Below the pieces are notes generated by a model. That model was not told where the DNA came from, searched no databases, and saw only the letters and a list, made by a program, of their open reading frames with translations. The translations under genes were made by a program, and so were the position numbers. Below, piece after piece: positions 46,399 to 51,594 of a DNA stretch of 51,594 nt. The first letter of the stretch is position 1; each line of letters begins with the position of its first letter. Location of the stretch: positions 1-51,594 of IMG/VR virus record IMGVR_UViG_3300035070_001383. One strand, written 5' to 3'. Origin of the DNA: a virus (Duplodnaviria > Caudoviricetes).

Positions 46399-47139
46399 CT
46401 ACCTGTCCTCTAGTTTCATAGGGACTGCGATTGCTGTAGTTCCGTCAAGAACAACACCACAACCGATAGCAGACTTCTTACCGCCTTTAGCGTAGCCCAT
46501 AGCGTATGTTCTGTCGTCTATACCACAGCCTACAGCCATACCAAATACCCTGCGGTTTGCACCAACGTGGTAGTTGACGTAGAAGTCAGTGTGGTAGTGA
46601 CCTGTAACAGTCGACTGCATATCACGGACGCAAGCGCTCTTCGCTTTGCCTGAGCCGTCGCCGTGTGTGTAGCGAACACCGTCTAGGTAGTAGTCGTACA
46701 TAAACTCCCACTTAGGAACTTGTAGAACCTCGCTCATAGACTTAATCCACTCAGCGGGTATACCACCTGTCTGAGCCTTACGCATAATTAGTCTGTCGTG
46801 GTTACCCCACATAACCTTCGCTTCAGGAAACGCCTTGTAGTAAGGTGCTAACTTCTTAATAGCGAAAGCCAACTCAGCTCCACCGCCCATACCGTCGGCG
46901 TCAGTCTCGTGGTAACTGCTGTAGTGATTGTCAATAACATCACCGATAAACACAACCTTGTTGCAGTTGTATCGCTCGTAGGTTTCTTGACAGAACTCTA
47001 GATAACCCTTAAGGTCAAATGGAGCGTGAATGTCACCGATAACCAATACGCGGTTCGTGTCGTTATTGAAGTAGTCGTGGTTTGTTTTCTTCGCGCCACT
47101 CAATCGTGGACGTGATTCCTTCTGCTTCTTCTTTCCCAT
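46399..47139 (-). CDS. Calcineurin-like metallophosphoesterase
   Basis: GDIH, GDVID, GNHD, THG, GHYH. Confidence 0.9.
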   Translation of the reverse strand: MGKKKQKESRPRLSGAKKTNHDYFNNDTNRVLVIGDIHAPFDLKGYLEFCQETYERYNCNKVVFIGDVIDNHYSSYHETDADGMGGGAELAFAIKKLAPYYKAFPEAKVMWGNHDRLIMRKAQTGGIPAEWIKSMSEVLQVPKWEFMYDYYLDGVRYTHGDGSGKAKSACVRDMQSTVTGHYHTDFYVNYHVGANRRVFGMAVGCGIDDRTYAMGYAKGGKKSAIGCGVVLDGTTAIAVPMKLEDR

Positions 47140-47149
47140 TTCTTTTAGT

Positions 47150-48178
47150 TTACTTAATTTCTAATTGTGTTCCTGATTCAAATGCCTCTGAGGGACTAGC
47201 CTCAGGTGGCGGTGGTGTTGGTATCATTAACTGCTCAGGCTCCTTAGGAGCATTCGCGGGGTTGCTGATAGCGTACTGCTTACTGCCGTCGCTGTTCTTC
47301 TCGTAGTATCTATTGCTTAGTCTATCGTAGAACATAGTAACCGTTCCTAGCTTACCTACAATTTTAGGCTTGGCCTTAGTAATTGTAATCTCAACTTGGT
47401 TTGCTTCGTAAGGTACTCCGTTAGGGTCGTTGACTCCGAACGGACATCGCCACACGCTAATCATCATCATTCCCTTACGTGACCACATCTGTCCACCCGC
47501 AATGTCATTGTATGTAGGCTTAGGTATAAATGATATGCCGTCCTGAATACGTGACTGAATGTACTTAGTGTGAACTGAGATAATGGTGTGAACCCTATGC
47601 TCGGCGCTGTACTTACGAACCTTAGTTAATACCGTACCGATTGCGAGGTCTTCGCGTTGCCCTGACATAACGTCAGTGGTAAGCTCGGTGAACGGGTCAA
47701 TAACACAGCCGTCCATTTTGAGTCCTGTAGACTCTTCTAGCTCACCAACTGCGGTATAGAACCCTTCGATAGTCAAACTGTTTAGTCCGCTGTCAATAAT
47801 AAAAAAGTGCTTCTCAACAAACTCTATAGCGTTCTTGACCTCTTCGTCAGTAGCGCATATCTCATCGAATGCTAAGAACGGCTTACGTAAGTAGACCCAC
47901 AGCAACTCACTAAACACCTCAGCGGGTGAACCTGTCTCAGGAGAGTAGATAGCGAACTTCCAACCGCTGTATTGCGCGACGTTCATAATCATTTCCCAAG
48001 TAAATTGTGACTTACCTGCGTGGGCGCCCGCATAAATATATGTGGTTGACCCCTTCTTCATTGAGTAGTATTCTGAAAGCGTTGGTAAACCTACCCACTC
48101 ACCGCGCTTAACTCCGTTAGTCCGTAGACTCATTAGGCTGTCCTTGACATCACCTAACTGAAATACATTGTTTCTCAT
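47150..48178 (-). CDS. DnaB/SF4-like replicative helicase (RecA-fold ATPase)
   Basis: Walker A GAHAGKS, YSPE, VIDP, ITKAKPK..GKLG. Confidence 0.75.
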   Translation of the reverse strand: MRNNVFQLGDVKDSLMSLRTNGVKRGEWVGLPTLSEYYSMKKGSTTYIYAGAHAGKSQFTWEMIMNVAQYSGWKFAIYSPETGSPAEVFSELLWVYLRKPFLAFDEICATDEEVKNAIEFVEKHFFIIDSGLNSLTIEGFYTAVGELEESTGLKMDGCVIDPFTELTTDVMSGQREDLAIGTVLTKVRKYSAEHRVHTIISVHTKYIQSRIQDGISFIPKPTYNDIAGGQMWSRKGMMMISVWRCPFGVNDPNGVPYEANQVEITITKAKPKIVGKLGTVTMFYDRLSNRYYEKNSDGSKQYAISNPANAPKEPEQLMIPTPPPPEASPSEAFESGTQLEIK

Positions 48179-48196
48179 ATTTGCCCTTTTATATTT

Positions 48197-48490
48197 TTAT
48201 GAGTAGAACTTAGCTAATTGTGCGTTAGCTACAGCCAACTCTTCCTTAACCTTATTCAATTCTTTTAGTTCGTCTAGTGCTTTGTGCTTCTCTTCGAGCG
48301 CCTTGTTAATGATAGCGTCGAATGTTGAGTGCTGTTGCTCTAGATAGATAGTCCAATTAATAATCCTAGCCACCGCTTCCTTCATTTCGATAATCTCAGG
48401 GTTTGACGATTTCTCAGACCATTTGATTGCTAAGTCACAAACTGTCTGTAAGTCAGCGTGTGCCTGTAGCCGTATTAAATCTCTAGCCAT
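48197..48490 (-). CDS. Coiled-coil hypothetical protein (97 aa)
   Basis: ORF track. Confidence 0.7.
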   Translation of the reverse strand: MARDLIRLQAHADLQTVCDLAIKWSEKSSNPEIIEMKEAVARIINWTIYLEQQHSTFDAIINKALEEKHKALDELKELNKVKEELAVANAQLAKFYS

Positions 48491-48510
48491 ATATATAATT
48501 TAAAATTAGG

Positions 48511-48565
48511 AGAGTGTTGGGGAATCGAACCCCAACCTAGCATAAGACTATGTACCATACACTCT
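48511..48565 (-). ncRNA. Mini tRNA-like element E
   Basis: AGAGTGT-ATGGTA-CATAGTCTTATG-CTAGGT-TGGGG TTCGATT CCCCA-ACACTCT-C-CTAA; canonical T-arm; only 55 nt. Confidence 0.7.
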
Positions 48566-48574
48566 AAAGCCGTA

Positions 48575-48838
48575 TTAGAACGGCAAGTCGTCCGAAGGTG
48601 CTTCCTGATTAACAGGTGCTGCCTTAGGTGCGCCACCCTGTGCGGTTGGCTTGAAGTTGTCAATCTGTGCGTAAGGGTTTCCGTCACGTCCTGAAAGGAT
48701 TTCGAGGTTAACCCAACCCGCTGCGTTCTTGTGCTCGTTCAACTTCTCAAAGTCGTTCGGCCCAAAGGACAATTTAGTAATCTGTCCAAACTTAGTAGTA
48801 ATACCTTTTGCTTTCCCTACGTAAATCTTGTCGCTCAT
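48575..48838 (-). CDS. Single-stranded DNA-binding protein-like (start revised)
   Basis: C-terminal DDLPF; located with ERF and exonuclease. Confidence 0.7.
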   Translation of the reverse strand: MSDKIYVGKAKGITTKFGQITKLSFGPNDFEKLNEHKNAAGWVNLEILSGRDGNPYAQIDNFKPTAQGGAPKAAPVNQEAPSDDLPF

Positions 48839-48888
48839 AAATCTGTGTTGCACGTCTGCTAGTTTAAGGTCGTCACCAATTGTTGTTA

Positions 48889-49680
48889 TTAAATGTTTCC
48901 TACTGTTGCGCTGTAAGGTTTGTAGTTACCGTCTATGAATAAGTGTTCGTACTTAAGGACGCTATCTTCAAACATCTTCTTCCCCTTAGCTAAAAACTCA
49001 GGGGTCGCTTTAAATATACCTACTTCGTAAGGGAAGGTCTTGGTTATCACTGCAAAGTGAAACTCTGACGCTTCGAATAACTGAGAATACATATACGCTT
49101 GGCGTGGGTAACTTCCGTACCACGCATTGCGCTTCCAATCACTCAGCCCCTTTGAAGAGGTCTTAAGGTCTAACAGAGTAGGAGCGCTGAACCCGTCGCT
49201 CAATAGCATATCACCTTTGCCCTTCACCGCAATCCTGTTGCCTGAGGGTGTAGTGACCATAGCTGTAGCGGCCAACTCAGGCTGCCTCTCTGTAAACCTA
49301 CCCACAAACTCCTGAAGTTCAGGAACCTTGTGTAGCTTATCTACCATACTATCGACTAGGTTATAGTCTGTTGCAGGCATTACTAGCTTGTCGGGATTTT
49401 CTTGCTTCGCTAGCTTGTAAGCCTTGCTAGCTCTAGTCCCTTCAACTAGTATTCTGTTATCCACCCCTTCGAGGTACATACTATGGACGGCGCTTCCAAT
49501 GTCAAAGTAAGTTTGACTTGGACTTGACCATTTACCCTTCATATATAAATCGAACTTTGTAGGCGACTCGTCTAGGTAACTCAGCATAGAGTTGCTTAGT
49601 GCTGTCTTGTCCGCGAAGTAGAACTTGTCGTCCCCTAATTCTTCGGCTATTCTGTGGTTACTAAAAATTAATTCCGACAT
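48889..49680 (-). CDS. PD-(D/E)XK exonuclease (RecE/DUF3799-like)
   Basis: LSNS.L, GSAVH...LE, KGKGD, DLKTS, Y..QA..Y. Confidence 0.8.
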   Translation of the reverse strand: MSELIFSNHRIAEELGDDKFYFADKTALSNSMLSYLDESPTKFDLYMKGKWSSPSQTYFDIGSAVHSMYLEGVDNRILVEGTRASKAYKLAKQENPDKLVMPATDYNLVDSMVDKLHKVPELQEFVGRFTERQPELAATAMVTTPSGNRIAVKGKGDMLLSDGFSAPTLLDLKTSSKGLSDWKRNAWYGSYPRQAYMYSQLFEASEFHFAVITKTFPYEVGIFKATPEFLAKGKKMFEDSVLKYEHLFIDGNYKPYSATVGNI

Positions 49681-49954
49681 CTGTATATACTATTTCGATT
49701 AACTCCTTCATTGTAAGTTCGTCAAGCAAACCTCTGCGTTCGGCTCCTCTAACTGTTTCTAGCGTGTGTAATACAACAGACTGCAATAGTGCAGACTCGT
49801 ATATACCCGCTACAGATAAAGCGTCTTCAGCATTGTCTGTCAACTCCTCTCCGTACAATTCGTCGATTAGGAAGTTCACTGAGGACTCAGGGAATTTGTA
49901 TTCCTCAAGTACCTCAGCGTTGACCTCTGTAGTTAATGTGCTTCCTGTAATCAC
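49661..49954 (-). CDS. Hypothetical acidic protein (97 aa)
   Basis: ORF track (GTG start). Confidence 0.6.
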   Translation of the reverse strand: MITGSTLTTEVNAEVLEEYKFPESSVNFLIDELYGEELTDNAEDALSVAGIYESALLQSVVLHTLETVRGAERRGLLDELTMKELIEIVYTDVGINF

Positions 49955-50496
49955 TATCCTAAGATATCCTTACGCATCGCTTCTGACGCGTTGTACTTAG
50001 AGTCTAAAGCGGCCTTAACAGCATCTACATTACCTGCGGCAACAGCAGCCTTCATAGACTCAATTTGCTTCGCGTTAGGTATTGGCTTCATAGCCGCCTT
50101 CGGCTTATGGTCGTTAGAAGCGTCAGCGTCCTTAGTGTCGTCAATAAGGAACATTCCGTTCATTGCATACTTACGAGCGTAAGAGCTAGAAGAACCGAAA
50201 GACTGAGCGATGTCCATACCTTTGCGGTTAGGGTCAACGCCTGCCTGTGCAGTCGCTTCGACAGCGTTAGTGCCGTCGCTTACAACCACCTTCGAGGTGA
50301 TAACAACCATACCGCCTAGCTCCTCAACTGAGTCGCTGATAGTCATTGACAATCCGTTCGCCTTTAGTAACGGCTTAACCGCTTCGAGGATATCCTCAGC
50401 ACTACGATAGTTATACTTACCGAAGTTGTTGCGCTGATTTTTAGGAGCCTTTAGCTCCGATTGCACTGCTATTAGTGCGCTGTTTAAATTACTCAT
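49954..50496 (-). CDS. erf: ERF-family single-strand annealing protein
   Basis: QSELKAPK.Q.N.FGKYNYRSAEDILEAVKP; GSSSSYARKYA..G.F.IDD..DAD. Confidence 0.92.
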   Translation of the reverse strand: MSNLNSALIAVQSELKAPKNQRNNFGKYNYRSAEDILEAVKPLLKANGLSMTISDSVEELGGMVVITSKVVVSDGTNAVEATAQAGVDPNRKGMDIAQSFGSSSSYARKYAMNGMFLIDDTKDADASNDHKPKAAMKPIPNAKQIESMKAAVAAGNVDAVKAALDSKYNASEAMRKDILG

Positions 50497-50506
50497 ATAT
50501 AATTGT

Positions 50507-50734
50507 TTAATTGATTACTTCTTCAGTGTGTGAATAAGATACTAGGTTGTTAACTCCTGAGTTCCTAACTACGTTTGCTACTATGTAGCCCTTGCGCTTT
50601 GCACTTAGCGCTTCCTTAGCCGCGAATAGGTCGTCGTAATAGGCGGTTTTGCCGCTGAGTTGTGCCCAAGTACCCTTCGTGGTAAGATAGTCGCCTGAGC
50701 GTGTCCTTACGCAGTAATTCTCTGTGTATGTCAT
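50507..50734 (-). CDS. Hypothetical protein (start revised to 50734)
   Basis: A-rich leader before MTYTENY. Confidence 0.65.
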   Translation of the reverse strand: MTYTENYCVRTRSGDYLTTKGTWAQLSGKTAYYDDLFAAKEALSAKRKGYIVANVVRNSGVNNLVSYSHTEEVIN

Positions 50735-50779
50735 ATGTTTTGTTTTTGTTATACTATAGAATATCCTCAAGTCCTAACT

Positions 50780-50803
50780 GAAAGAAGCCCCTAAAGGGCT
50801 TCT
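50780..50803 (-). terminator. Terminator-like hairpin
   Basis: AGAAGCCC TTTAG GGGCTTCT followed by TTC. Confidence 0.55.
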
Positions 50804-50874
50804 ACTCAAGTTCTAACTTATATAGTTTCTAACTCAGTACGTAACATCGTACACTCTTTAATACGACGTTTGCA

Positions 50875-51591
50875 CTACGATTCCTGCAAGTCTTCAACAT
50901 CTTTTATAAAAGTATTTGTAGAAATAGCTCCAATGTACTCATTATCAGCCCATTCGGACAAGAAAAATAATTCTAAATTATTTCTGTAGTCTGTCTCGCC
51001 GTATGGTGTCCACTGCTTCGCGTCGTGTCCTGAGCGTAAGTCCTTACACTTGCGCTTAATAGCGTCTAGTAAGTCATAAACATTCTCCTTCGACAAGCCT
51101 AAAGCGGTAGCGACCTCTGAGATACTACGTTGCCCGTTCAACCTGTAGTCTAGGTATTTATATTCTGTAGGTGTTAGAATATCCATAACAGCCTCTAGCT
51201 TAACGTCAATCTCATCGCGCTTAGTGAAGTCAACGTCTTCGTACTTGAGTCCTTCGGGTAGGGTTAGGTTAGTATGCTCGTAAGCATTAGTAGCACCCTC
51301 AACGTAATCCTCTATATTTTGGAACTGAACGTTGCGCTTCGCACGCTTAGTCCACTTAACCGCATCAACAAAGGCTAGCTTATGAACAGAGTAAATAGTG
51401 TTCTCTAGATGCTTCTCTGTCTCGTAGCTGAGGTCTGCGTTAAACTGACGCATAAGCCCTTCGGTAATGTACGCTCTATACACCTCTTCTAGGTCAACAC
51501 TCAGCCTGTCGTAATCCGAGCGAATACCGCTTCGGTAGTACTTAGCATTTTCTAGGACTTGGCCTAGCTTCTTCTCTGTAAATCTAATCAT
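50875..51591 (-). CDS. Sigma-70-like protein with region 4 HTH (238 aa)
   Basis: MDILTPTEYKYL..R....RSISEVATALGLSKENVY.....IKRK; upstream region-2-like ..AFVDAVK..KRAKR. Confidence 0.65.
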   Translation of the reverse strand: MIRFTEKKLGQVLENAKYYRSGIRSDYDRLSVDLEEVYRAYITEGLMRQFNADLSYETEKHLENTIYSVHKLAFVDAVKWTKRAKRNVQFQNIEDYVEGATNAYEHTNLTLPEGLKYEDVDFTKRDEIDVKLEAVMDILTPTEYKYLDYRLNGQRSISEVATALGLSKENVYDLLDAIKRKCKDLRSGHDAKQWTPYGETDYRNNLELFFLSEWADNEYIGAISTNTFIKDVEDLQES

Positions 51592-51594
51592 AGT

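Noticed and set aside
48182-48188. AAGGGCA upstream of the helicase
   Set aside because: Only 3 nt from the ATG and lacks the AAGACC half, so it is not counted as a leader motif copy
48511-48565. Canonical tRNA gene
   Set aside because: Only 55 nt, with no D-stem and no 7-nt anticodon loop; kept as a tRNA-like element instead
51575-51594. Biological terminal repeat
   Set aside because: The 20-bp overlap falls inside overlapping coding sequence, typical of assembler circularisation rather than a true DTR
1-51594. Stop-codon reassignment suggested by abundant CTAG/TAG
   Set aside because: Genes are long and intact under the standard code, and several end in TAG

Overview
Apparently complete, circularly assembled genome of a tailed dsDNA phage; the first 20 nt equal the last 20 nt. 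It is siphovirus-like and the host is probably Bacteroidota/Flavobacteria, inferred from TAnnTTTG promoter boxes, AT-rich leaders without Shine-Dalgarno sequences, and a Bacteroidota-type lipoprotein. The minus arm (about 4500 down to 1, then across the join from 51594 to 40795) carries small early genes, a sigma-70-region-4 protein, ERF, an exonuclease, SSB, a DnaB-like helicase, a metallophosphoesterase, DUF5664, RusA, a putative T4-gp55-like sigma factor, an amidase and a holin. The plus arm (5895-40730) carries terminase, tail, tape measure, protease/scaffold, capsid, two tail-tube paralogs, fibres, portal, adaptor and large Ig/lectin proteins, preceded by a repeated 17-bp motif TCGTAAATTATAAAAAG. 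I recognised no integrase, DNA polymerase or reverse transcriptase. Main observations: (1) five intergenic 44-55 nt mini-tRNA-like elements (7-bp acceptor-like stem, T-arm, tiny D-like hairpin, fully covarying stems) punctuate the early/middle transcript; (2) an AAGACC..AAGGGCA-N8-ATG leader motif precedes five early genes; (3) a 7,722-bp direct duplication that includes the portal flanks a 2.3-kb foreign-looking spacer supplying alternative fibre N-terminus and lectin C-terminus alleles, which could be real or an assembly chimera; (4) a candidate ~215-nt structured RNA; (5) strong CYGG/CCRG, GATC and CATG avoidance. All functional calls come from motif recognition by eye, with no database searches.
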